DNA of 64,000 nucleotides from Acidobacteriota bacterium. Its GTDB lineage: Bacteria; Acidobacteriota; Vicinamibacteria; Vicinamibacterales; Fen-181. How positions within the stretch are numbered: the first letter of the stretch is position 1; the number at the start of each line of letters is the position of its first letter. The position numbers were made by a program, and so were the translations under genes. This document shows, in pieces, positions 25,866 to 36,665 of the stretch. The stretch spans positions 7,136 through 71,135 of the forward strand of contig JADGOB010000003.1 in assembly GCA_017883185.1 (NCBI GenBank), written 5' to 3'. Under the pieces are notes generated by a model. It was not told the origin of the DNA and searched no databases. It was given only the letters and a program-made list of their open reading frames with translations.

Positions 25866-26909
25866 CTACTTGAGCCAGTACCGTTTCTGGGCCGCGCGGA
25901 CGAGCTCGAGCGCGGCGATCCCGCAGGCCGTCGGCGCCTCGTCGTGCGAAGCCTTGGGGGCGACCTTCGGCCCGGCGAGCGCGTCGATGGTGGCCTGCAG
26001 CGAGTCTTTCATCGCGTCGAGATGGTATCCGCCCTCGGTGGCCAGGACGAGCCTTCCCCCGCACGACGTCTCGGCTACGGCCCTGAGGCGCGCGGCAATC
26101 CGGCCGAAGCCCGCCGTGGACAGGTGCATGTGCGCGAGCGGGTCCTGGTCGTGCGCATCGAAGCCGACGTCGAGCACGAGCAACTGGGGAGCGAACTCCG
26201 CGAGAATCGGCTCGACGACATGCTCGAGGAGCAGCAGGTAATCGGCGTCGGTCGCGCCAGCCGAGATGGGAATGTTGACGGTGAAGCCTTCGCCCTCGCC
26301 CACCCCGCACTCGCCCGCCGCCCCGGTCTGGGGATAGAACGGATACTGGTGCGCGGACATCACGAGCACGCGCGGGTCGTCGTAGAAGGCCCACTGCGTG
26401 CCGTTCCCATGATGCACGTCGTAGTCAACGACGGCGATGCGCGTGAGGCCGCGTGCGAGCGCGTACGCCACGGCGATGGCGACGTTGTTCAGCAGGCAGA
26501 ACCCCATCGCCCGGTCGCGCAGCGCGTGGTGTCCCGGTGGACGCACGAGGGCGAATGCGGCAGAGAGGGTGCCGGCATCCGGGGTCTGGTCGAGCACGTG
26601 ATCGACGGCGGTCACCACCGCGCCAGCCGCGAGGATGGCCGCCTCCCACGACCCGGGTGACATGTAGGTGTCGAGGTCGAGCACCGCGGGATGCCCGGCC
26701 GACGCGGCCAGCCGATCGACGTGGCCCACGGCGTGGATGCGCTCGATCTCCGCGCGCGTCGCGGCCCGCGGCGGCAGCACCGTCTCTCCCCGCTCTCGCC
26801 ACGCCTCCACGACCGCACGCATCACGTGGGCCCGCTCGACGCGCTCGGGGTGCCCGGCCGGGGGCGCGTGGTCGGCGGACCGATCGGACCAGACGAGGAC
26901 AAGGGACAT
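25866..26909 (-). CDS. Histone deacetylase family protein (acetoin utilisation/acetylpolyamine deacetylase-like)
   Basis: RPPGHHA, VVDYDVHHGNGTQ, HQYPFYPQTG, EGGY motifs. Confidence 0.9.
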   Translation of the reverse strand: MSLVLVWSDRSADHAPPAGHPERVERAHVMRAVVEAWRERGETVLPPRAATRAEIERIHAVGHVDRLAASAGHPAVLDLDTYMSPGSWEAAILAAGAVVTAVDHVLDQTPDAGTLSAAFALVRPPGHHALRDRAMGFCLLNNVAIAVAYALARGLTRIAVVDYDVHHGNGTQWAFYDDPRVLVMSAHQYPFYPQTGAAGECGVGEGEGFTVNIPISAGATDADYLLLLEHVVEPILAEFAPQLLVLDVGFDAHDQDPLAHMHLSTAGFGRIAARLRAVAETSCGGRLVLATEGGYHLDAMKDSLQATIDALAGPKVAPKASHDEAPTACGIAALELVRAAQKRYWLK

Positions 26910-26932
26910 AGGGATCGGCTCTCGACGTTCGG

Positions 26933-27637
26933 CTACTGGTTTTCGACCTTCGGCCTGTCACGCTGCCCGAGGAGCGACAGGGCGCGCCGTTGCAGCCCTT
27001 CCAGGCATCGCTCGAGCTCGACGCGCTTCTCCTCAATCACCGACTCGCCGGCGTCGGCGGGCACCTCCAGCGGGGCGCCCATCACCATCACCACGCGGCT
27101 CCACGGCTTGGGCACCTGCGATCGGTCCCAGCTTCGCAAGGTCCAGCACGGGTTCGATTCGATGTGAAACGGGACCACCGGGTTGCCGGTCGCCTTTGCC
27201 AGCCACACGGCGCCCGGCTGCGCGTGGTAGGCCGGGCCGCGCGGACCGTCTACGGTGAAGGCCGCCGGCCGGCCCTCGGCCATGTCCCGCTTCAGCTGGA
27301 GCAGCGCGCGCCTGGCGCCGCGGGATGTGGACCCGCGCGCCTGCACGTAACCGAACCGGCGCATGATCCGCGCGATCCACTCGCCGTCGAAATTCTGGCT
27401 CGTGATGGCGACCACGCCGCGGTCGCGAAAGTAGACGGTCGCGGGAAGGATGCCCCCGTGCCACAGGGCGAGAATAGGCTGGCGGCCCGACGCGAGCACC
27501 GCCTGGAAGTGCTCGACGCCGTCCTCGCTCCACCGGAAGGTCCGGCCGAGCGCGGCAATCAGGGGATACCCGATGGCGGCGATGGCCGCGACCTCGAAGC
27601 GCTTGAGACGCGAGGCGCGCCAGTCATCGCCGTTCAC
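26933..27637 (-). CDS. DUF374-type lysophospholipid acyltransferase family protein
   Basis: Start set to GTG 27637, overlapping the upstream stop (GTGA). ILALWHGG ... FTVDGPRGPAY motifs resemble the LPLAT/DUF374 family. Confidence 0.7.
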   Translation of the reverse strand: MNGDDWRASRLKRFEVAAIAAIGYPLIAALGRTFRWSEDGVEHFQAVLASGRQPILALWHGGILPATVYFRDRGVVAITSQNFDGEWIARIMRRFGYVQARGSTSRGARRALLQLKRDMAEGRPAAFTVDGPRGPAYHAQPGAVWLAKATGNPVVPFHIESNPCWTLRSWDRSQVPKPWSRVVMVMGAPLEVPADAGESVIEEKRVELERCLEGLQRRALSLLGQRDRPKVENQ

Positions 27638-29496
27638 GGAACTGGCTGCAAGGAAGCCGGCCGTGCGCCCGGGGGCGGAGCGGCGGCGGCCGCCGATTTG
27701 ATCCGGCCGTCTACGAACGTCATCAGGTCGACGACCTGCGTGATGGCGTTGGCGCTGGCCTGCGCGCCCTTGAGCATGATCGAGCAGAACGGGCACGCGG
27801 TGACGATGGTGCCCGCGCCCGTCGCCTGGAGCTGCTCGAACCGCCGCTGGCTGATGCGCGTGCCTTCTTCGTGTTCCTCGAAGAGCAGGCCGCCGCCGGC
27901 GCCGCAGCAGAACGGGTTGTCCCCGGACCGCTCGGGCTCCTTCACCACGGCGCCCGCGCGGGCCAGCAGGTCGCGGGGTTCTTTCGTGTGCCCGGCGTAT
28001 CGCGCAAGGTAGCACGGGTCGTGCAGCGCCACCGCCTCGGCGCCGGGCAGACGGAGATCGCCGGCAATCTTCGACACGAGAACCACGGAATGCTGCACCT
28101 CGACGTCGAACCCGAACGGCTTGTAGTCCTCGCTGAGCGTTTTCAGGCAGTGCGGGCAGGCCGTGAGAATCTTCTTCACGCCGGCCGCCTGGAAATCGGC
28201 GATGTTCGCCGTCGCCAGCTCCTGGAACAGGTACTCGTTGCCCGTCCGCTTGGCCAGATCTCCCGTGCACCGCTCCTTGGCCAGCACGCCGAAGGTCACC
28301 TGCCGCGCGCGCAGGATCTCGAACAGGGAGCGCAGCGCTTTCTGGAAATCGGCCTCGTACGACCCCGCGCAGCCGAGCCACATCAGGTACTCGTGCCGCT
28401 CCGGGTCGAACGTCTCGAGGCCGGCCGAGGTGACGAACTTCTGCCGGACATCGGAGGTCAGCCCCCAGATGTTCCCGCGCCGCTCCAGGTGGTTGTACAT
28501 CGCGCCGAGCGCGTCGGGCGCTTCTCCGTTCGACACCAGCCCGCGCCGCGCGCCGAGGATCAACGGCAGGTGCTCGACCCCCACCGGGCACTGCTGCTCG
28601 CACGCGCCGCAGGTGGTGCACTGCCACAGCACGCCGGGGTCGTACACCTCCACGAGCTTCGCGTCCATCCTGCCGATCAGCAGCGCGTCCTCGTTCTGGA
28701 GGATCATCTTCTTCGGATTCAGCCGCTTCCCGGTCGCGTAGGCCGGGCAGTTCATCTGGCACCGGCCGCACTCGACGCACGTGAACGCGTCGAGCACCTG
28801 CTTCTTCTCGAGATCGGCCAGCGTCTCGAGCCCCACTTCCTCCTTCTCGAAATCGAGGTTCCTCACCTCGCCGAGCACCGGCGACTTCAGGAAGACCGTG
28901 GCGGGCGAGAGGACGAGGTGGAAGTGCTTCGAGCCCGGGATGAGCGCGAGGAAGACGAGGATGATGATCAAGTGCAGCCACCAGTTCACGGCGGCGGCCG
29001 GCCCCTCGGTCAACCGGAAGTCGAGCAGGAACGTGATCATCAGCGTCGCGATGAAGACACCGATGAGCACCGATTCGCCGGACAGCGGCCCGAGCGCCTC
29101 GGGCCGGAACACGACCCGCCGGATCACCAGGAAGATGATCCCGCCGAGCACGCCGAGGGCGAACGGCGCGAGCGCGAGCGCGTAATAGTGGAAGGACGAG
29201 GTGCCCGTCAGGTCGACGACGCCCAGCCCCTTCAGGAACTGGCACCCGCTGTACCCGACAAAAGCCACGAAGCCCCAGAACACCAGCGCATGGGCGAGTC
29301 CTACCGCGGGCTTCCCGGCGATCACTTCCGACTGGAAGACCACCTCACGGAGGAACCGCGAGACGCGCGCAGGCACGTGATCGGTCCGGAGCGTGCCCTT
29401 TGCGCGACCGACGAGCAGGAGCCGCCTGGAGAGCTGCACCACGAACAGGCCGCCAAACAGGACGACAAGCAGGGCGAGGACCAGCGCGGACAGCAC
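27634..29496 (-). CDS. Membrane-bound (Fe-S) oxidoreductase, HdrD/DsrK-like (EtfD-like)
   Basis: N-terminal multi-TM domain. Two ferredoxin motifs (CVECGRCQMNCP, CTTCGACEQQCP). Cys-rich CCG-type regions (CPHCLKTL, CCGAGGG, CPFC). Directly downstream of etfBA, sharing 1 nt with the etfA stop. Confidence 0.8.
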   Translation of the reverse strand: MLSALVLALLVVLFGGLFVVQLSRRLLLVGRAKGTLRTDHVPARVSRFLREVVFQSEVIAGKPAVGLAHALVFWGFVAFVGYSGCQFLKGLGVVDLTGTSSFHYYALALAPFALGVLGGIIFLVIRRVVFRPEALGPLSGESVLIGVFIATLMITFLLDFRLTEGPAAAVNWWLHLIIILVFLALIPGSKHFHLVLSPATVFLKSPVLGEVRNLDFEKEEVGLETLADLEKKQVLDAFTCVECGRCQMNCPAYATGKRLNPKKMILQNEDALLIGRMDAKLVEVYDPGVLWQCTTCGACEQQCPVGVEHLPLILGARRGLVSNGEAPDALGAMYNHLERRGNIWGLTSDVRQKFVTSAGLETFDPERHEYLMWLGCAGSYEADFQKALRSLFEILRARQVTFGVLAKERCTGDLAKRTGNEYLFQELATANIADFQAAGVKKILTACPHCLKTLSEDYKPFGFDVEVQHSVVLVSKIAGDLRLPGAEAVALHDPCYLARYAGHTKEPRDLLARAGAVVKEPERSGDNPFCCGAGGGLLFEEHEEGTRISQRRFEQLQATGAGTIVTACPFCSIMLKGAQASANAITQVVDLMTFVDGRIKSAAAAAPPPGARPASLQPVP

Positions 29497-30470
29497 TACC
29501 GCTGAAGCTCCTTGATCAGCGCTGGCACCACCTCGAACAGGTCACCCACGATGCCGTAGTCGGCGAGTTCGAACATTGGCGCTTCGGCATCCTTGTTGAT
29601 CGCGACGATCGTCTTCGAGGCCTTCATCCCGACGGCGTGCTGGATGGCTCCCGACACGCCCAACGCGAGATACAACTTTGGCGCGACGGTTTGCCCGGAG
29701 CTCCCCACCTGGCGCTCGATCGGCAGCCAGCCGGCATCGCAGATCGGCCGCGACGCGGCGAGTTCGGCGCCAAGCGCCTTTGCCAGCGCTTCGGCCAGCG
29801 GCAACTGGTCCCGCGCCCGGATACCGCGGCCCACGGCGACGATGCGCTGGGCCTGGGAGAGGTCGACCGCCTGCTTCGCCTCGCGGAACGGCGCCTCGGG
29901 CTTCTGGCGAATCAACGCGGCATCGATGGTCACGTCCGCGCGGGATACCGGGGCGGGCGAGGCGCCTCGCTCGGCGAGGTCGGCGCTGAACGCGCCAGCC
30001 TGGAACGTGACGAGGTACGGGGCCTCGCCCTCGAGCACCACGTCAGCCGCGAGCTTGCCCTGGAAGATCAACCGCGTGAACGCCACCGTGCCGTCGGCCT
30101 CCGCGAGCGAGACCACGTCGGCGACGAGCGCGCGATCGAGCCGGGCCGCCAGCTTGGGCACGAAGTCGCGGGCGAGGTAGGTGTGAGGGAAGAGAACATA
30201 CGTCGGGGCCTGGCCGGCGACCAACTGGGCCAGCGCGGCGACAAAGCCGTCCGCGGTATAGGGCTCCAGCGCGGCCTGCTCGACCGTCAGCACCTCGGCG
30301 ACAGCGGCCGCCGACAGTTCGCCAGCCGCCGCAGCGAGGTCGCCGCCGAGCAGCGCCACCTTGATCGGCGCGCCGCCCGTCTTCGCCGCCAGCCGCTGCG
30401 CGGCCGCGACCACTTCCCAGCTCGCCCGGTTCAACCGGCCATCACGTTGCTCAGCCACAACAAGAATCAT
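29496..30470 (-). CDS. etfA: Electron transfer flavoprotein alpha subunit
   Basis: C-terminal FAD-binding region SRPICDAGWLP ... QVGSSGQTVAPKLYLALGVSGAIQH. Confidence 0.9.
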   Translation of the reverse strand: MILVVAEQRDGRLNRASWEVVAAAQRLAAKTGGAPIKVALLGGDLAAAAGELSAAAVAEVLTVEQAALEPYTADGFVAALAQLVAGQAPTYVLFPHTYLARDFVPKLAARLDRALVADVVSLAEADGTVAFTRLIFQGKLAADVVLEGEAPYLVTFQAGAFSADLAERGASPAPVSRADVTIDAALIRQKPEAPFREAKQAVDLSQAQRIVAVGRGIRARDQLPLAEALAKALGAELAASRPICDAGWLPIERQVGSSGQTVAPKLYLALGVSGAIQHAVGMKASKTIVAINKDAEAPMFELADYGIVGDLFEVVPALIKELQR

Positions 30471-30502
30471 ACGTCCCCTGCAATCTCAGCCCTGGAAGAT
30501 GT

Positions 30503-31267
30503 CTAGTCGATCGCGCGTGCCTCGTCCCGCAGGCGCTTGACGAGTTCCCTGGCTGCTTCGGCGGGCGTGCCGCCGATCAACTGCGTCTGCTTCGTCTTCT
30601 TCGGCGCGTAGAGGTTCACGATCCGCTGGCGCGACCGATGCGCGCCCGACGCCGCCACCTTCCGAATGTCCTTCTTCTTGGCGGCCATGATCCCCTTGAG
30701 CGTCGCGTAGCGCAGTTGGTTGATCCCGCTCTGGATCGTGAGCAGCGCGGGCAGCGGCATCGCGACCCACTGGAACCAGCCGCCCTCGAGCTCGCGCTTC
30801 ACGCGCAGCGCGCCACCGTCCACCTTCACTTCCATAATGATGGTCGCGTGCGGAACGCCCAGCCGCTCGGCGAGCACGACGCCGGTCTGGGCGAAGCCCT
30901 GGTCGTCGGATTGAAGCCCGGTGAGCACCAGGTCGAACGACTCGCCGCTCATCGCCTCGGCGAGCGCCCCGGCCACCTCGAAGGCGTCGGCCGATGCGGC
31001 ACCGTCCGACTCGACATGGATGGCGCGGTCCGCCCCGCGCGCCAGCGCCTCGCGGATCACGTGGGAGACGCGCGAGGGGCCGGCCGAGCACACGACCACT
31101 TCCCCGCCGTGGCGCCCTTTCAGGCGCAGCCCCTCTTCGAGCGCGTAGGCGTCCGGCTCGTTCATCTCGAAGGCGGCGTCCTCGTCGCGAACCCAGGTCC
31201 GCGACTCGTTGACGCGCGGCTGCCAGTCGCGCGCGGGAACCTGCTTGATGCAGACGGCAATTTTCAT
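30503..31267 (-). CDS. etfB: Electron transfer flavoprotein beta subunit
   Basis: MKIAVCIKQVP N-terminus and 254 aa, both typical of EtfB. Upstream of etfA. Confidence 0.9.
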   Translation of the reverse strand: MKIAVCIKQVPARDWQPRVNESRTWVRDEDAAFEMNEPDAYALEEGLRLKGRHGGEVVVCSAGPSRVSHVIREALARGADRAIHVESDGAASADAFEVAGALAEAMSGESFDLVLTGLQSDDQGFAQTGVVLAERLGVPHATIIMEVKVDGGALRVKRELEGGWFQWVAMPLPALLTIQSGINQLRYATLKGIMAAKKKDIRKVAASGAHRSRQRIVNLYAPKKTKQTQLIGGTPAEAARELVKRLRDEARAID

Positions 31268-31282
31268 ACGGCAATGAGCAAT

Positions 31283-31305
31283 GGGCGGGCCTTGATGGCC
31301 CGCCC
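31283..31305 (-). terminator. GC hairpin between fabF and etfB
   Basis: GGGCGGGCC-TTGAT-GGCCCGCCC, a 9-bp perfect stem, 15 nt upstream of the etfB ATG. No U tract. Confidence 0.35.
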
Positions 31306-31377
31306 CATGGGTCGGTAACCCGGCGCCGCCCCCTCGTTCTCAGGCTGGCGGGTTCCGGACCGGGTGGAACACGGCGG

Positions 31378-32619
<1,242 letters not shown>

Positions 32620-32711
32620 GCTCCCTCCGTTGACACAGCCGCCCCGCGCCCCGACCGCGCACGGGCCGACACCGCTACCGCGGGCGCGCCGGCCCCGCGC
32701 CGTGTGCGACG

Positions 32712-32957
32712 CTACTTCTTGGCCTTGGCGTGCGCCTCGACGTAATCGACCGCTTCCTTCACGCGCGTGATCTTCTCGGCATCCTCGTCCGGGATCTCGA
32801 TACCAAACTCTTCCTCGAACGCCATCACGAGCTCGACGGTGTCGAGCGAGTCGGCGCCCAGGTCGTCCACGAACGACGCATCCGGGGTGACCTCTTCTTC
32901 GTCGACGCCCAACTGTTCAACGATAATGCTCTTGACCTTGTCAGCAACCGCAGCCAT
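32712..32957 (-). CDS. acpP: Acyl carrier protein
   Basis: 81 aa with phosphopantetheine site [11 protein letters not shown]. Start ATG 32957 lies inside the longer ORF 32712..33101. Confidence 0.95.
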   Translation of the reverse strand: MAAVADKVKSIIVEQLGVDEEEVTPDASFVDDLGADSLDTVELVMAFEEEFGIEIPDEDAEKITRVKEAVDYVEAHAKAKK

Positions 32958-32965
32958 TGACCCTC

Positions 32966-33709
32966 CTAAGTGTACATCGCGCCATTGACGGCGAGGACCT
33001 GCCCCGAGATATACGACGCCTCGTCGGTCGCCAGGAAACAGACGGCCGAAGCGACGTCGTCCGCGGTGCCGAGCCTGCCGATCGGAACCTTGGACGCCCA
33101 CTCGTTCCGCACGCTCTCGGGCAACCCGCGGGTCATGTCGGTGTCGATCAGTCCCGGGGCCACCACGTTGACGGTAATGCCGCGCACGGCCAGCTCGCGG
33201 GCCAGCGACTTGCTGAACCCGATGATGCCGGCCTTCGACGCGGCGTAGTTCGACTGCCCGGCGTTGCCCATCTGTCCGACCACCGAGCTGATGTTGATGA
33301 TCCGGCCTCCGCGCTGGCGCATCATCGCGCGCAGCACGGCTTGGCTACAGGTGAACGTCCCGGACAGGTTGACGTTCAGCACGACGTCCCAGTCCTCGCG
33401 CTTGAGCCGCAGCGCCACGTTGTCGCGGACGATGCCGGCGTTGTTGACCAGGATGTCCACGCGGCTGTGCCGCTCGAGAATTTTCCCGATGGTCGCCTGC
33501 ACGCCTGCCGTGTCGGTGACGTCCATCGCGTAGCCCTCGGCCTTGCCGCCCGAGGCGACGACCTCGTGGGCCGCCTGGCCCACCGCGTCACCGAGCACGT
33601 CGGTCAACGCCACCAGCGCGCCCTGGCGGGCAAGCATCTCGCTGATCGCGCGGCCGATGCCCCGCGACGCGCCCGTCACCACCGCCACCTTCCCGGTCAA
33701 ATCGAACAT
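32966..33709 (-). CDS. fabG: 3-oxoacyl-ACP reductase
   Basis: SDR motifs [22 protein letters not shown]. Sits in the fab cluster. Confidence 0.92.
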   Translation of the reverse strand: MFDLTGKVAVVTGASRGIGRAISEMLARQGALVALTDVLGDAVGQAAHEVVASGGKAEGYAMDVTDTAGVQATIGKILERHSRVDILVNNAGIVRDNVALRLKREDWDVVLNVNLSGTFTCSQAVLRAMMRQRGGRIINISSVVGQMGNAGQSNYAASKAGIIGFSKSLARELAVRGITVNVVAPGLIDTDMTRGLPESVRNEWASKVPIGRLGTADDVASAVCFLATDEASYISGQVLAVNGAMYT

Positions 33710-33783
33710 CGCGTTCCGCTCCCCGGCTCACCGTCGAGCCAAGCGCCACATGATACACGCAAAGGGATGTCAACTGGATGGTG

Positions 33784-34710
33784 CTACGCGAAGAGAGCGG
33801 CCACCTTTTCGAGGCCGGACGGATCCTCGAAGCTCGCGAACGCCGCCTCGCGATCGATCTTCCGGACCAGGCCGCATAGCACGGTGCCCGGACCCACTTC
33901 AACATACTTGCGGACGCCCTCGGATGCAAGCCGCCGCACGACGTCTTCCCACCGGACCGGCGACGACACCTGCCGCACGAGCGCCTCGATCGCGGACGCC
34001 GCGTCGCGCTTCGGCTCGGCGTCGACGTTGGCGACGACGGGCACGCGCGGGTCGCAGGCCCGGAGCGCGCGCAACTCGGGCGCGAGCCGCTCCTCGGCCG
34101 GCTTCATGAGCGCGCAGTGGAATGGCGCGCTGACGGGCAGCGGCACGACGCGCTTGGCGCCGAGCGCCTTCGCCCGTTCGCCCGCGCGCGCCACGGCGTC
34201 GGTCGCCCCGGCGATCACCACCTGGCCCGGCATGTTCATATTGGCGGGACTCACCACCTCGCCCTGCGCCGCCTCTTCGCACGCCTGCGCCACGACCGCC
34301 GCGTCCAGCCCCATCACGGCCGCCATCGCGCCCTTCCCCACCGGCACCGCCTCCTGCATGAACCGGCCGCGCCGGCGTACGGTGCGCACGGCGTCGGCAA
34401 ACGCGATCGTCCCCGCGCACACGTGCGCGGAATACTCGCCCAGGCTGTGGCCGGCCACGAACGCGGGCTCGAACCCGCGCGACGACAGCAGGCGGTACGC
34501 GGCGATGCTCACCGTCAAGATAGCCGGCTGCGTGTTCTCGGTCAGGCGCAGCTGGTCTTCCGGCCCCTCGAAGATCAGCCGGCTCAATGGCTCACCCAGC
34601 GCGGCATCGGCTTCCGCGAACGTGTCGCGGCAGACGTCGAACGTCTCCGCCAGCGCCTTGCCCATTCCAACCGCCTGCGACCCCTGTCCCGGAAAGATGA
34701 ATGCGATCAC
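33784..34710 (-). CDS. fabD: Malonyl CoA-ACP transacylase
   Basis: FPGQGSQ and GHSLGEYSA motifs. Confidence 0.92.
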   Translation of the reverse strand: MIAFIFPGQGSQAVGMGKALAETFDVCRDTFAEADAALGEPLSRLIFEGPEDQLRLTENTQPAILTVSIAAYRLLSSRGFEPAFVAGHSLGEYSAHVCAGTIAFADAVRTVRRRGRFMQEAVPVGKGAMAAVMGLDAAVVAQACEEAAQGEVVSPANMNMPGQVVIAGATDAVARAGERAKALGAKRVVPLPVSAPFHCALMKPAEERLAPELRALRACDPRVPVVANVDAEPKRDAASAIEALVRQVSSPVRWEDVVRRLASEGVRKYVEVGPGTVLCGLVRKIDREAAFASFEDPSGLEKVAALFA

Positions 34711-35708
34711 CGGTGGGATTCTCCTGAAGCCGCGATCTCCTGCTGGAGACGCGCGATGAAGCCGGCCGACGCGAAACGGTGCGCCGCCTCGATGCCATGG
34801 CGCACGGCCGTTGCCGACGACCGCCCGTGCCCGATCACCGCCAGCCCGGCCACACCGAGCAGCGGGACTCCCCCGTACTCCGCCACCCGCCGGCGGAACA
34901 GGTCGAACAGTTCGCTGGATACCTGCGCCGCCAGCCCGGCGCCAAGCTTGCCCATCGCGTCGCGCAGCACGTCGCCGATCATCTCCACGAGGCCCTCGCT
35001 CACCTTGAGGGCGATGTTCCCGGTGAAGCCGTCGCAGACAATGACGTCGGCGACGCCGGCGTAGACATCGCGCGCCTCGATGTTGCCTATGAAGCTGAGG
35101 CCGCTCGCCTTCAGCAGGCGGTGGGCCTCACGGGTGAGGTCGTTCCCCTTGGTCTCTTCCTCGCCAATCGAGAGCAGGCCGACCCGCGGCCGCTCCACGC
35201 CCAGCACCAGCCGCGCGTAGACGGTCCCCATCGCGGCAAACTGCACGAGGTGCTGCGGCCGGCAATCGACGTTCGCCCCGACGTCCAGCACGACGGCGGC
35301 TGACCGGCGAGTCGGCACGGTGGCCGCGAGTGCCGGGCGGTCGGCGCCGGCCAGCATGCCGAACGCCGCGTGGGCGGCCATCACGGTCGCGCCGGTGTTA
35401 CCGGCACTGTACAGCGCCGCCGCCCGCCCGGCCGCCACTTCGGCCGCGGCCACCTTGATGGACGCCCCCGGCCGGTGCCGCAACGCGGAGGTCGGCGGCT
35501 CGCCCATCCCGATCACATCGTCGGCCGCCACGATAGCCACGTCGAGCGCGGCCACGCCCGGCCGGCTGGCCACCAACTCCCGCAGACGGTCCTCGCGGCC
35601 GACCAGCGTCAGCGACAGGCCGTGCTCGCGGGCCGCGTCGAGCGCCCCCTCGACAATGGTCTCGGGCCCGCGATCGCCGCCCATCGCATCGACGGCTATC
35701 CGGATCAT
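34707..35708 (-). CDS. plsX: Phosphate acyltransferase PlsX
   Basis: MIRIAVDAMGGD N-terminus, 333 aa. Its stop overlaps the fabD start by 4 nt. Downstream of rpmF as is usual. Confidence 0.92.
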   Translation of the reverse strand: MIRIAVDAMGGDRGPETIVEGALDAAREHGLSLTLVGREDRLRELVASRPGVAALDVAIVAADDVIGMGEPPTSALRHRPGASIKVAAAEVAAGRAAALYSAGNTGATVMAAHAAFGMLAGADRPALAATVPTRRSAAVVLDVGANVDCRPQHLVQFAAMGTVYARLVLGVERPRVGLLSIGEEETKGNDLTREAHRLLKASGLSFIGNIEARDVYAGVADVIVCDGFTGNIALKVSEGLVEMIGDVLRDAMGKLGAGLAAQVSSELFDLFRRRVAEYGGVPLLGVAGLAVIGHGRSSATAVRHGIEAAHRFASAGFIARLQQEIAASGESHR

Positions 35709-35735
35709 GACGAAGTCCCAACCCGCGGGTGCCTG

Positions 35736-35918
35736 CTACCCTTCCTTGACTTCCCGCACCTGCCGACCGCGGTAGTAGCCGCAGTGAAGGCAGACTTGGT
35801 GCGACAGTTTCGGTTCATGGCATTGCGGGCATTCGCCCAACGCCACGGGAGTGAGGGCGTCGTGCGTGCGTCGCTTCGCGGTGCGCGCCTTGGAGTGTCG
35901 TCGCTTTGGATTTGGCAT
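35736..35918 (-). CDS. rpmF: 50S ribosomal protein L32
   Basis: MPNPKRRHSKARTAKRR ... CPQCHEP ... CLHCG; 60 aa. Confidence 0.92.
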   Translation of the reverse strand: MPNPKRRHSKARTAKRRTHDALTPVALGECPQCHEPKLSHQVCLHCGYYRGRQVREVKEG

Positions 35919-36018
35919 GCTATCCCGCCTGTCTGTCCGGGCCGCCGCACCGGACGGAAGTCCCGTGCCACCAGCACCGAGAAAAAAGGAAATAATTACC
36001 CTGCGCCCGCCCCCCGAG

Positions 36019-36570
36019 TCAACCCTCGCGGTCGCCCTTGTCGATCAGCGACCGCAGGCCCTCGAGCCTGGGATCCGGCCACTCTTGGACACAGGAACAG
36101 GTCCCGGTATTGAGATTCGTCCCGCACTCCGAGCACAGGCCGCGGCAGGACTCGCGGCACAACGGCTTCATCGGGAGCGCAAGATAGAACTGCTCCAGCA
36201 CGATCTGGCCCAGGTCAATCTCCTCGTCCCGGTAGTACGCCGTCGTCAAGCCGTCGTCTTCCACTTCCACTTCCACTTCCTCGCCGCCAACATGTTCCTG
36301 GTGCGGCAGGTAGAGGAGGTCGAAGGGCAGGTCCACCGGAAGCTCGATGTCGTCCAGGCATCGTCCGCACGAGAGGGCGATCGTGGAGCGAACCCGGCCG
36401 ACCAGGTGGAACTGGTTGCCATCCTTGAAGATATCGAACGCCAGGTGCACGGGTGCCTGCACCCGGAACCCCTCCGCCTCGCTCGTCGAAAGGACCGACG
36501 GCTCGAAGGTGCGGTCAATCTGGTCGCGCGCCCCCCGCAACTCGCGTAGATCGAGCAGTATCTGAGACAT
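36019..36570 (-). CDS. yceD: YceD/DUF177 family protein
   Basis: 183 aa, acidic, with C-terminal Cys cluster (CRESCRGLCSECG...C). Conserved position upstream of rpmF-plsX. Confidence 0.8.
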   Translation of the reverse strand: MSQILLDLRELRGARDQIDRTFEPSVLSTSEAEGFRVQAPVHLAFDIFKDGNQFHLVGRVRSTIALSCGRCLDDIELPVDLPFDLLYLPHQEHVGGEEVEVEVEDDGLTTAYYRDEEIDLGQIVLEQFYLALPMKPLCRESCRGLCSECGTNLNTGTCSCVQEWPDPRLEGLRSLIDKGDREG

Positions 36571-36605
36571 CTAAATCACGAAGTTCCAAAAGAGACAGAC
36601 CTTTC

Positions 36606-36611
36606 ATTATA
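36606..36611 (-). promoter_or_regulatory. -10 box TATAAT (minus sense), 35 nt upstream of yceD
   Basis: GTGGTATAATGAAAGG on the minus strand. Candidate promoter of the yceD-rpmF-plsX-fab operon. Confidence 0.35.
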
Positions 36612-36665
36612 CCACGGTCGTTGGCCCCAGGGTGACCCGCCTGGCACAAGACAGCCGCCGGCTAC

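Noticed and set aside
26933-29245. 770-aa ORF suggesting a large fusion protein
   Set aside because: Only its last ~234 codons (DUF374-like) look protein-like. The rest overlaps the EtfD-like gene in another frame. A GTG at 27637 overlapping the upstream stop gives a normal-sized product.
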